IMG/VR virus record: IMGVR_UViG_3300008117_000709
Location: 1 to 24,565 of that record
Reading direction: 5' to 3' (one strand)
DNA length: 24,565 nt
Origin: a virus
Lineage: Duplodnaviria; Caudoviricetes
Shown here: piece by piece, positions 15,875 through 24,003 of the stretch
How the letters are laid out: every line of letters starts with the position of its first letter
Numbering within the stretch: position 1 is the stretch's first letter
Program-made: the position numbers and the translations under genes
Notes under the pieces: model-generated
Told to the model about the DNA's origin: nothing
What the model saw: the letters and a program-made list of their open reading frames with translations, nothing else
Databases searched by the model: none

Positions 15875-17250
15875 AACTCACCAAGCAAGACATCATCAAC
15901 AACGTCGAGAAACTTTTCAAGGCGAAGAAGTACGAAGACGCTTTGGACTTGTGTAACTACGGAATTGCCAAACATCCGTCGAGTGGGATTCTGTGCCGTG
16001 CGAAAGCCAAACTCTTGCAGACTATGGGTCGGTTTCGTGAGTCTATCAAAGCCTACTCGTTGCTGATTGATACGGGCGAGGCGCTTGCTGAGGACTACTA
16101 CAACCGGGGCATGTGTTACTCGGAACTCCAGCAGTACGAGAAAGCGATTGCCGATCAGAACGGTTCGCTCAAGGTAGACCCGAAGTTCTACATGGCGTAC
16201 ATGCAGCGGGGTGCGAGTCAATGGGAGCTGCGGCGTTGGGATGACGCGCTGGAATCGTTCCGCAAGGCGCACGAGATCAACAGCACCGACCCCAACTGCC
16301 AGTGGATTCTGGGTTTGCTCTCGTTGCAGATGAACGACTTCAAGACGGGCTGGCCCTTGTATGACACCCGGTGGCAGAGCGAACGATTTAAATCGCCAAG
16401 GCTCAATACCGACAAGCCGCAGTGGACGAAGGAGAGCGGCGCCAAGTCGGTGCTGGTGTGGGGCGAGCAGGGCATCGGGGACCAGATCATTTACGGCACG
16501 TTGCTTCCGACTGTACGTACATTGTCCGGACAGATGACGGCGATGGTGGAGCCGCGTTTGATTCCGCTTTTCTCACGGTCAATGCCGGACATTGAGTTCA
16601 TCCCGAACACCTCGCAGGTTCCGGCAGACAAGCACGAGACGCAGATTCCTTTTGCGAGTCTCGGGGCATCGTTGATTGAGTCCAAGGAAGACATCACCCG
16701 CTACGCCAAGCGTAACTTCTTGAAGGCGGACGACGCCAAGACGAAGGCGATCTGCGAAGAGCTTGGTATTACGGACGATGACTTTGTGGTCGGGGTGTCG
16801 TGGATTAGTTCAGCGATGAAGATCGGCCCTCACAAGAGCATGTCACTCGCAGAGATGATGCCGATCTTTTCGATACCGGGCGTGAAGTTTGTGAACTTGC
16901 AATACGGCCACGTCAAGCAAGATCTCGCGGACTTTGAGGCCAAGCATGGTGTGAAGATCATGCAGTCCTCGGTGGATTGCTGGAAAGACTTGGACGGTTT
17001 GGCAGCGCTTTGCTCAGCGTGCGATGTCATCGTTTCCATTAGCAGCTCCACGGTTCACATGGCTGGCGCATTGGGCGTACCCGTCATGCTGATGGATGCG
17101 AACAAGTTGTGGTACTGGGGCAACAAGGACGGCGACCGTAGCCTCTGGTACCCCTCGGTGCGGATCTTCCCAAGGGACTATGTGACTGCCTCTTGGAAGC
17201 CGCAGATTGAAGCCGTGGCGTATGAGATTCATGTGATGAAGAACGCATGA
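15871..17250 (+). CDS. TPR-repeat protein with C-terminal GT-B/GT9-like domain
   Basis: TPRs (YYNRGMCY, AYMQRGA); VWGEQGIGDQI, FVNLQYG, STVHMAGALGVP, SLWYPSVRIF. Confidence 0.85.
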   Translation: MKLTKQDIINNVEKLFKAKKYEDALDLCNYGIAKHPSSGILCRAKAKLLQTMGRFRESIKAYSLLIDTGEALAEDYYNRGMCYSELQQYEKAIADQNGSLKVDPKFYMAYMQRGASQWELRRWDDALESFRKAHEINSTDPNCQWILGLLSLQMNDFKTGWPLYDTRWQSERFKSPRLNTDKPQWTKESGAKSVLVWGEQGIGDQIIYGTLLPTVRTLSGQMTAMVEPRLIPLFSRSMPDIEFIPNTSQVPADKHETQIPFASLGASLIESKEDITRYAKRNFLKADDAKTKAICEELGITDDDFVVGVSWISSAMKIGPHKSMSLAEMMPIFSIPGVKFVNLQYGHVKQDLADFEAKHGVKIMQSSVDCWKDLDGLAALCSACDVIVSISSSTVHMAGALGVPVMLMDANKLWYWGNKDGDRSLWYPSVRIFPRDYVTASWKPQIEAVAYEIHVMKNA

Positions 17251-17369
17251 GCTGGTTCCCGACCGTGGCGCTGGCAGCATTGTGCGTTGCGGCATCGTGG
17301 CTCTTGGGCGGCGAACTGATTGATGCGGTGTTGTTGTATTTGCTTTTGATCTTGGTGGACAAAAACTAA
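17247..17369 (+). CDS. Small membrane protein (40 aa)
   Basis: Hand-translated; ATGA overlap; hydrophobic. Confidence 0.5.
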   Translation: MSWFPTVALAALCVAASWLLGGELIDAVLLYLLLILVDKN

Positions 17370-17394
17370 ACTTCTAACACAAGAGGGTTGTTTT

Positions 17395-17619
17395 ATGTAT
17401 GATAACGAGTCCCCGCCGGGTTCATGGAAGAAGGAACTCTCGGCTGCACCGTGGGGCTACGGACAGAACCAGAATCAGAAAGTCAGGGATGCCTTGGCGG
17501 CTGTTAGACAACGAGGCATGTGGACCGAAGCGTCGGTACTGGAGACAGAGATCACGACGCTCAAGGCAGAGATTGGTTATTTGATGGAGAGAATAGATGC
17601 GAGTAAGAGAGACAAATAA
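17395..17619 (+). CDS. Hypothetical protein (SPPGSWK...APWGYGQ)
   Basis: GAGGG RBS; helical C-terminus. Confidence 0.7.
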   Translation: MYDNESPPGSWKKELSAAPWGYGQNQNQKVRDALAAVRQRGMWTEASVLETEITTLKAEIGYLMERIDASKRDK

Positions 17620-17785
17620 AACGACTGGGGCGATCAGGGAATACCTTGCTGAGATTGGACGCAAGGGTGGCTCAGCGGCAACGGGTGCAAAGAAGCGCCG
17701 TAGCCCGGACCATTACAAGAAGATGGTCGCAGCCCGTCGTAAGAAGCGTAAGGCCAAAGCAAAGCAGGCGAAAGCAGATGAGTGA
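17597..17785 (+). CDS. Small basic protein with EIGRKGG (KGG-like) motif
   Basis: GGAGAG RBS; YLAEIGRKGGSA. Confidence 0.7.
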   Translation: MRVRETNKTTGAIREYLAEIGRKGGSAATGAKKRRSPDHYKKMVAARRKKRKAKAKQAKADE

Positions 17786-18005
17786 TCCGGTCAACCACCC
17801 TGAGCACTACCAGCAGGGTGGAATCGAAACCATTGACTATATCCGTGCGGTGCTGGGCAAAGAGCAGTTCGTGGCTTATTGCGTGGGCAACGTATTGAAG
17901 TACGCCAGCCGCCCGAAGAAGGGCAAGTATGCAGAGGACTTACGCAAGGCCGCGTGGTATTGCAACCGCGCTGCGGACGAACTTGATAAGGCATCGAAGG
18001 TCTGA
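17778..18005 (+). CDS. DUF3310 (SaV-like) protein
   Basis: DPVNHPEHY.QGGIETIDYI, GNVLKYASR, EDLRKAAWY. Confidence 0.88.
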   Translation: MSDPVNHPEHYQQGGIETIDYIRAVLGKEQFVAYCVGNVLKYASRPKKGKYAEDLRKAAWYCNRAADELDKASKV

Positions 18006-18011
18006 TACAGT
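17983..18011 (+). promoter_or_regulatory. Sigma70 promoter with extended -10 and no downstream ORF
   Basis: TTGATA(17983-88)-17-TACAGT(18006-11), TG at 18003-04. Confidence 0.6.
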
Positions 18012-18017
18012 TTGATT

Positions 18018-18083
18018 GTGCTATCTCCTGTTAATGACGGGATTGGCCCCGGATTGAGCACTCCCTCTCCGGGGCATTTTTTT
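18018..18083 (+). ncRNA. Candidate trans-acting antisense small RNA (~66 nt)
   Basis: Own promoter and terminator; 5' end GTGCTATCTCCTGTT is complementary to the RBS-AGCAC motif of six genes. Confidence 0.6.
18046..18083 (+). terminator. Rho-independent terminator
   Basis: GCCCCGGA(18046-53)/TCCGGGGC(18068-75) stem, then A and T7. Confidence 0.85.
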
Positions 18084-20322
18084 ACCTGCGTACTTTGTAT
18101 ACCCGCCGCTCACGACCGGGGCCGTTTGGCTTAATGATGTCCTCCATGATGTCGCCCGATTCCAAGAGCGTATTGAGATACTCGTTCCGATCCCGAGCCT
18201 TCATGCCTTGGCAAGCCTTGGCGAGTTGAGTACCGCTCATACCTTCTTTGCCTGCATCGCGAATGAGCTTGAGGATTCGCTTGTGCGCGGCTTCGATTTC
18301 GTTCTCTGCCACCTCGCGGTACATGAGTTCAGCGGTGTAGTTGAATGACCACCGCGCAAGATCTGCACCCATCTTCATTACTTCAAATGTAATGACAGGG
18401 GTATGCGGGTTACGGGCGATGGCTTCGATCATGGCGAGCTTCACCGAGATCTCTGCAAAGCGCACCCAGAGATAGTCTTTCTTACGAGCGCATTGAATCT
18501 GCCATTCCTTGAGTTTGTTGTACTCGTCAAAGGCATCGTCTTCCCACTTAACTTGGATGGGTACGACATCGGAACTCGCGACGTGCTGAATGTTTGAAAG
18601 ATTACCGATGCCCACGGGTACCACCGATGCTGCTTCAATGACATCGCGGATGATGTCTTCGGGTGGGCTCTGTCCGCCGTCGGGCACTTGGCTGTCGGGG
18701 TATTCCTCGAACGAAGGCATAAGCAGAATGCGGCTCATGGTGCCGTTATCCAGCATCTCAAACGTTAGTGCCTTGGTGAGCGACGAAGGCGTCGTGGTGC
18801 CAAAGAAGTTGAAGTTCGGTTGCTTGATGTCAAGACGCTTACGGTCTTTGTTGTCGGCGTACTCTTGGCCGTGATAGGTGCCACCGCTGCTGGAGTAAAT
18901 CTCAAGCAAAGTCTTGATGATGTCGCGCTGATGACCCGCTGCATTCTTGGCAGTCAAGCTTTGAAGGTAGAGGCCCATCTCATCAAGGTGGGAGATGCGC
19001 GAGGGGAAATCGTGCAGGGTGCGTAGAATCGCAACGCCTGATGAGAAGCGGTCGCCTGAGATGTAGTTGCTTAAGTTTGCGTCCTCCAGAATCTTCTTGA
19101 CCTTCTGACGCGAGTGATCTTTACCGGCACCGGGGGTGGCCACCGCAATGGAGAAGATGTTGCAACGGGTGCCAAACGAACTCATTGCGTACCGTCGCCC
19201 GAAGATTGCGCCAAACATGCAGATGGAATTCATCAACGCAAAGGTCGGCTGCGGTTGCTGGGAGCATGACAAAATCCAGCGCGTGACGCGACCCACGAGC
19301 GAGGGGCTTTCAAACCATTCGTTCGGGAAGTTGGAGCGGTTGCTCTTGGTGAACTTCTTGGTTTCGGTGAGTCCCGTCAGATCCACCCGCACTTCTTTGG
19401 TCGGATTCAGATTTAAATGCGGCGCAGGTACCCAGCCGTTTTGCTGAGCAAAAAAGTAGAGCGTACCGGCTCCGATCTTGGAGGGCGGCGACTTGCCGTA
19501 GTGATCCCACCGCTGCCGTGTCTCAAGGCTGTTGTACTTGCCGGAGGCTTGTGACCACTGGTCAAACACGATGAAGCCTTTGCCTTCGGTGGCGCAGTAG
19601 ACGGCCATACCGATGCGGTTCCAATCGTCCCAAGAAAGATCTGGATTGGGTACAAACTTGAGTGCATCTTGAACGGCAGCGAGTGTACCCGTGAGGCCCT
19701 CGATGGACGTTCTCACATCCTTGTCAGGGATGATGGTTTGCTGGAGCCGCGAGCGTCTCAGGTTGGGCGGCAGGGTTTTGTACGCCGCCTCGCAAGCCTC
19801 CAGCACTTGTTGGTGCGTCACAAGAGGCAACGACTCTAGCGGTACCTCGTGCGGCGCAGAGAAGGGCCACTGGTACGGCTTACCCGTCTCGGGGTGTATG
19901 GCATAGGCAACGAACTGTTGACCAACCCCAAGCACTTCAATCGGGTGTAGGCTGATCTTGGAGAACGGCTCGTTGGTGCGGTACAGGTACAACGCCTTGG
20001 GGGATTTGCCGATGCGTACAAAGTCGGTCTTGCCGAGTTTCTCTTGGATGGTGTTACCGACCGCGATGGCAACGGATGAATCAAGCACATCGACATCAAT
20101 GGCAACGACCTTGCCGGTCAAGATACCGACGCCTGCATCGGGCCACTTCTCCCAGATGTCAATGTGCGAGCGTGAACTATCGACCGTCGTCCAGCGTGGC
20201 ATGTCAAACCACTGGCCATTGTCATACCGTCCGGGCTTCTTGGTCCCCGGCATAATCGGAACAATGGTGTAGCCTGCATCCAGCAGCTTCGCACCATGCT
20301 CAAACATGAATTGATCAGACAT
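18082..20322 (-). CDS. Primase-polymerase / PriCT-2 / DUF3987-like helicase fusion
   Basis: N-terminal Prim-Pol (IVPIMPGTKKP, GVGILTG, AIDVD), PriCT-2 (WDDWNRIGMAV...FDQWSQASGKY...IGAGTL), P-loop PGAGKD, HLDEMG, DNGTMSR. Confidence 0.85.
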   Translation of the reverse strand: MSDQFMFEHGAKLLDAGYTIVPIMPGTKKPGRYDNGQWFDMPRWTTVDSSRSHIDIWEKWPDAGVGILTGKVVAIDVDVLDSSVAIAVGNTIQEKLGKTDFVRIGKSPKALYLYRTNEPFSKISLHPIEVLGVGQQFVAYAIHPETGKPYQWPFSAPHEVPLESLPLVTHQQVLEACEAAYKTLPPNLRRSRLQQTIIPDKDVRTSIEGLTGTLAAVQDALKFVPNPDLSWDDWNRIGMAVYCATEGKGFIVFDQWSQASGKYNSLETRQRWDHYGKSPPSKIGAGTLYFFAQQNGWVPAPHLNLNPTKEVRVDLTGLTETKKFTKSNRSNFPNEWFESPSLVGRVTRWILSCSQQPQPTFALMNSICMFGAIFGRRYAMSSFGTRCNIFSIAVATPGAGKDHSRQKVKKILEDANLSNYISGDRFSSGVAILRTLHDFPSRISHLDEMGLYLQSLTAKNAAGHQRDIIKTLLEIYSSSGGTYHGQEYADNKDRKRLDIKQPNFNFFGTTTPSSLTKALTFEMLDNGTMSRILLMPSFEEYPDSQVPDGGQSPPEDIIRDVIEAASVVPVGIGNLSNIQHVASSDVVPIQVKWEDDAFDEYNKLKEWQIQCARKKDYLWVRFAEISVKLAMIEAIARNPHTPVITFEVMKMGADLARWSFNYTAELMYREVAENEIEAAHKRILKLIRDAGKEGMSGTQLAKACQGMKARDRNEYLNTLLESGDIMEDIIKPNGPGRERRVYKVRR

Positions 20323-20695
20323 TGACGACTTGAACCTCTATGCGCTCTTCGTTGTCGTACTTCTTTGCAGCGACGAGTTCACACACGGCTGCGTCATCGT
20401 CAAATACGACTTCGTTCAGCGCGTCAAGAACTGCTTTAACGATATTGTCGAGGTCGGGTCGGGAAACGTGCCATCCCGTTTTGGTCTTATGGGAGAAGTA
20501 CGCCGTGATCGTAACCTTGACAGGACCTTCTAACACGGTCTTGCCTATCATCGCAACTTGTGCAAACGACTTGAGTGCTCGTTCGTAATCACGAGTCTTT
20601 TGCGGTGTGTACGTCACCACACCACCGGCCTTGGTGCGACCGAAGCGCGGACGGGATTTACCAATGGGTGTGCCATGGAACACGATGTCAATCAT
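20315..20695 (-). CDS. rusA: RusA-family Holliday junction resolvase
   Basis: PIGKSRPRF, RPDLDNIVKAVLDALN...DDAAV. Confidence 0.92.
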   Translation of the reverse strand: MIDIVFHGTPIGKSRPRFGRTKAGGVVTYTPQKTRDYERALKSFAQVAMIGKTVLEGPVKVTITAYFSHKTKTGWHVSRPDLDNIVKAVLDALNEVVFDDDAAVCELVAAKKYDNEERIEVQVVNV

Positions 20696-21060
20696 AGGGT
20701 TACTCCAAACTCTCGCTTAATTTTTTGAGCGTGATCTTTTGTGGGCCGCAGGGAATCCTTGATATAGGCAGCAAGGGTATTGCGCGAAATGCCGATACGT
20801 TTCGCCGCCTCTTGGATGGTCAAACCCCTGCGCACCAAGGCATCGTGCAGTTTAAACCCCGGCCCTACTGAGGCGACCGAACGAAGGTCTTGCACTTTCA
20901 CGGAACCCTTGGTTTTCCGCAGGATTATGGCCACCCACTGGGGCGACGGAGCACGGCTACCCGCAAGCCATCTTGTGACAGCGGTACGGGTACACCCGAC
21001 CAAGGCAGCAAACTGCTCCTGTGTCAAGCGCTTTCGTCTCATGTATTCATTCAGCGTCAT
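20692..21060 (-). CDS. Cro/XRE-family regulator with two tandem HTH domains
   Basis: GGAGG RBS before ATG 21060; LTQEQFAALVGCTRTAVTRW and LTIQEAAKRIGISRNTLAAY. Confidence 0.85.
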   Translation of the reverse strand: MTLNEYMRRKRLTQEQFAALVGCTRTAVTRWLAGSRAPSPQWVAIILRKTKGSVKVQDLRSVASVGPGFKLHDALVRRGLTIQEAAKRIGISRNTLAAYIKDSLRPTKDHAQKIKREFGVTL

Positions 21061-21087
21061 TGATCCTCCAAATTGCCCCCAACTTGG

Positions 21088-21157
21088 GTGACATATTGCC
21101 ACCCCTTGCATTCCGTCACAAGGGGGTATAACCTCTCAATCACTGGCATTGTCCAGT
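21088..21157. promoter_or_regulatory. Divergent control region with promoter and palindromes
   Basis: TTGCAT(21106-11)-17-TAACCT(21129-34) on plus; dyads GTGACATATTGCCAC, CCCCTTG/CAAGGGG, ACTGG/CCAGT. Confidence 0.5.
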
Positions 21158-21175
21158 CAATGTGGAGATGTAAAT

Positions 21176-21559
21176 ATGCGAAATGAAATTGAAATAGCAA
21201 ATGATCTTTGGGCCGCGAAGCAGGCTGAGTCTGAAGCCAAAGCAAAGCGGATTGAATTGGAAGAAGAACTGATTGCTGTCCTCGGTTCCAAAGAAGAGGG
21301 GCAAGAGAAGCACGCTGTCGGTGATTACAAGATCACCATCGAAGGCAAACTCATCCGCAAGATCGACTGGAAGGCATTTGATGCTCACGTTGCATCGAAG
21401 ATTCCGGCGTCCATGCACCCGGTGAGGATGGTGCGCGAAGTCGATGTGACCGGGGTCAAGTACCTCGCCAACAACGAACCGCAGCTCTATCGCCTCTTGA
21501 GCAGTGCGCTCACTGTTGTACCCGCTAAAACCTACGTCAAAATTGAATTGGGAGTCTAA
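21176..21559 (+). CDS. Conserved hypothetical protein of the recombination module
   Basis: GGAGA RBS before ATG 21176; W.AAKQAE.EAK.KR.ELEEEL...PAKTYVKIE. Confidence 0.75.
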   Translation: MRNEIEIANDLWAAKQAESEAKAKRIELEEELIAVLGSKEEGQEKHAVGDYKITIEGKLIRKIDWKAFDAHVASKIPASMHPVRMVREVDVTGVKYLANNEPQLYRLLSSALTVVPAKTYVKIELGV

Positions 21560-21561
21560 CC

Positions 21562-22326
21562 ATGGCTATATCACTTGCTAGTCTCAAGAAGACTGGCACC
21601 GCTCGTCCGCCGCGTATTGTTTTGTACGGCACACACGGCATCGGCAAAAGCACCTTCGCGGCGCAAGCCCCGGAGCCTGTGTTCATCCAGACTGAGGAGG
21701 GCCTTGATGCTGTCTCTGCAACAGCGTTCCCGCTCTGCCAAAGTTTTGATGACATTCTGGAATGCATCGGCGTTCTCGCTGGAGAGAGTCACGACTTTCA
21801 AACCGTCGTTCTAGACAGCGCAGACTGGGCCGAGCAGTTGATCCAGAAGCGTGTTGCGCAAGACAACAACGTCAAGACTATCGACGCCATCGGTTACGGA
21901 CGTGGTTATAAAGCCGCTGCCGATTACTGGCGACAACTGCTGGATGGGTTTGACCATCTGCGTTCCGACAAGAACATGCAAGTCATTCTGCTTGCACACT
22001 CGCAGGTTCGTAGATTCGATGACCCGCTGGCTGATCCGTACGACCGCTATCAGCTTGACCTGCATCACGGCAGCGCAAGTCTGGTCAGCGAGTGGTGCGA
22101 CATTATGATGTTCGCCAATCAGCAGTACAGCACGGTGAAGTCGGATGTCGGCTTTAACCAGAAAGTTACCCGCGCCGTTGGGACTGGTAACCGTGTACTT
22201 TATACCCAAGAACGTCCGGGCTGGCAGGCGAAGTCTCGCTGGTCGCTACCCGACACCCTCCCGCTGGACTACGGCAAGTTTGCTGAAGCCCTCGGAAATT
22301 CAATGGCACAAATCGTAGGAGAGTAA
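21562..22326 (+). CDS. AAA_24 / Sak4-like ATPase
   Basis: LYGTHGIGKST, VVLDSADW, GYGRGY, ILLAH, EWCD. Confidence 0.88.
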   Translation: MAISLASLKKTGTARPPRIVLYGTHGIGKSTFAAQAPEPVFIQTEEGLDAVSATAFPLCQSFDDILECIGVLAGESHDFQTVVLDSADWAEQLIQKRVAQDNNVKTIDAIGYGRGYKAAADYWRQLLDGFDHLRSDKNMQVILLAHSQVRRFDDPLADPYDRYQLDLHHGSASLVSEWCDIMMFANQQYSTVKSDVGFNQKVTRAVGTGNRVLYTQERPGWQAKSRWSLPDTLPLDYGKFAEALGNSMAQIVGE

Positions 22327-22327
22327 A

Positions 22328-22795
22328 ATGGCCAAGTTAAACTTTAACGCTTCAGAAGTCCCCAGCCAGCAAAGCGGTTACGAGCCGCGACCGACGGGCG
22401 AATACACCATGCAAGTCGTAAACAGCGACATGCGTACCACCAAGTCGGGCACCGGTCAGTACCTCTGGCTGGAGTTTGACATCCTGAGTGGCCCCGTGCG
22501 TGGTAAGTACTTTGAGAGGCTCAACCTTTTCAATGACAACGCCAAGGCCGTAGAGATTGCTAACCGGCAGCTCTCTGCGATCTGTAACGCTGTGGGTTTG
22601 GTTGCGCTTCAGGACTCTGAGCAGTTGCACATGAAGCCGCTCAAGGTCGTACTCAAGGTCACCGAGAGCAAGGACGGTTCTTTGCAAAACAATGCGAAGT
22701 ACCTTCCGCTGAACGCAGCCCCGGCTGCTACGGCACCGGCACCAGCGGCTCCGGCGGCTCCGGCTGCTAAGCCTTGGGAACGTCACAAGAAGTAA
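22328..22795 (+). CDS. DUF669 protein (putative ssDNA-binding)
   Basis: GEY...TKSGTGQYL.LEFDIL.G, ERLNL.N.NAKAVEIA...LSAIC.AVG, Ala/Pro tail ending KPW. Confidence 0.85.
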   Translation: MAKLNFNASEVPSQQSGYEPRPTGEYTMQVVNSDMRTTKSGTGQYLWLEFDILSGPVRGKYFERLNLFNDNAKAVEIANRQLSAICNAVGLVALQDSEQLHMKPLKVVLKVTESKDGSLQNNAKYLPLNAAPAATAPAPAAPAAPAAKPWERHKK

Positions 22796-22801
22796 CAGGT
22801 A

Positions 22802-22863
22802 GGCACGGCACCTCAGGGTGTATTGATTAACCCCCTAGCTGAACCGCTCTGGGGTGTCGTGCC
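22802..22863 (+). other. 17-bp RNA stem-loop with G-U pairs
   Basis: GGCACGGCACCTCAGGG pairs fully with CTCTGGGGTGTCGTGCC; 28-nt loop; no long U-tract. Confidence 0.7.
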
Positions 22864-22873
22864 GCTTTAAATC

Positions 22874-23830
22874 ATGGTCAAAATACCCGACTTGCAAGAT
22901 CCGACACTGCTTGCGCTTGATGCTGCCTTGGAAGAGGCGCAGCGCAGCTCCCCCCGAATGTATCTCGGTGCCTCTAGCATTGGCGAGAACTGTGAGCGTA
23001 GACTGTGGCTCAGTTTCCGCTGGGCCAAGCAAGGCTTTATCGAAGCCGCTGGGCTACGCCGAATTGAAGATGGGCACCGGGGCGAAAAGGTATTGGCAGA
23101 TTGGCTACGGTTAGTACCCGGAGTTGATCTTTCCACGGAAAAGGAACCCGGTGTCCAGCACAGTTTTCAAGACCACGGCGGTCACTTCCGTGGCAACTGT
23201 GACGGACTCATCACCGGTCTTTTGCAATCCCCAAAGAAACTTCATGTCTGGGAATGCAAGATCGTCAACGAGCAGAAGTTCAAAAAGGTTTCGTCGCTGA
23301 AGATCAGCAAGGGCGAAGAGAACGCGCTCAAGGAATGGGATTACGTCTACTACGCTCAGGCTCAAGTGTATATGCACTACTTCAAAGCCGAGCGTCATTA
23401 CATGACTGTGGGCAGTCCCGGTGTGCGCGACATTGTAAGCATCCGCACCGAATACTCAGAAGGCGATGCCCAGAAGTTTATCGACAAGGCCAAGCGCATT
23501 GTCTTTGCACCGAGGCCCCCGAGTAAGATTTCAAACGAACCTGCATGGCACGAGTGCAAGTACTGCTCGTTCCATGGGCTGTGTCACAACGATGAGATGC
23601 CAACGCAGAAGTCGTGTCGGACTTGCATGTACTCGACGCCGTTGCCAGAAGGTACATGGAAGTGCGAGAAGCATGACCACCTTCTCACCGACCCGATGCA
23701 ACGCGCAGGCTGCAACGATCACTTGTTTCACCCCAATCTTGTACCGGGAGAACAGACCGACTACGGTGAGGGCTGGGTGGAATACACGCTTAAAGATGGA
23801 ACCAAATGGACAAACCGGAGCCGCTCGTAG
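22874..23830 (+). CDS. Cas4-like PD-(D/E)XK exonuclease
   Basis: YLGASSIGENCER, GH, DG...WECK, YYAQAQVYM, ECKYCSFHGLC, plus CRTC..C..C. Confidence 0.85.
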   Translation: MVKIPDLQDPTLLALDAALEEAQRSSPRMYLGASSIGENCERRLWLSFRWAKQGFIEAAGLRRIEDGHRGEKVLADWLRLVPGVDLSTEKEPGVQHSFQDHGGHFRGNCDGLITGLLQSPKKLHVWECKIVNEQKFKKVSSLKISKGEENALKEWDYVYYAQAQVYMHYFKAERHYMTVGSPGVRDIVSIRTEYSEGDAQKFIDKAKRIVFAPRPPSKISNEPAWHECKYCSFHGLCHNDEMPTQKSCRTCMYSTPLPEGTWKCEKHDHLLTDPMQRAGCNDHLFHPNLVPGEQTDYGEGWVEYTLKDGTKWTNRSRS

Positions 23831-24003
23831 AGGACGATGATGAATTCTCGTTTTCTGGAGAAGAGATGTATTTGATTCTGAAAGCATTGGATGTGTACGC
23901 GCACGCCATGCTGCTCAGTGATTCGACGACTGAATTTTTGAAAGTACAGACGCTGGCCAAGTACATCATCAGTAAGACACCCCGATCAGGATTGAACTCG
24001 TGA
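23806..24003 (+). CDS. Hypothetical protein
   Basis: Fills the gap; GTGA overlap with helicase. Confidence 0.6.
   Translation: MDKPEPLVEDDDEFSFSGEEMYLILKALDVYAHAMLLSDSTTEFLKVQTLAKYIISKTPRSGLNS

Noticed and set aside
17876-18061. Minus-strand 61-aa ORF or a gene using the minus-strand AGGAGATAGCAC at 18018-18029
   Set aside because: The motif is followed by ATC, not a start codon, and the ORF is antisense to DUF3310 and spans a terminator.
22714-22770. GCxCCG repeats
   Set aside because: They encode the Ala/Pro linker of DUF669.
22874-23830. Cas4-like nuclease as evidence of CRISPR-Cas
   Set aside because: No repeat-spacer array or other cas genes; it sits in a standard AAA-DUF669-nuclease-helicase module.
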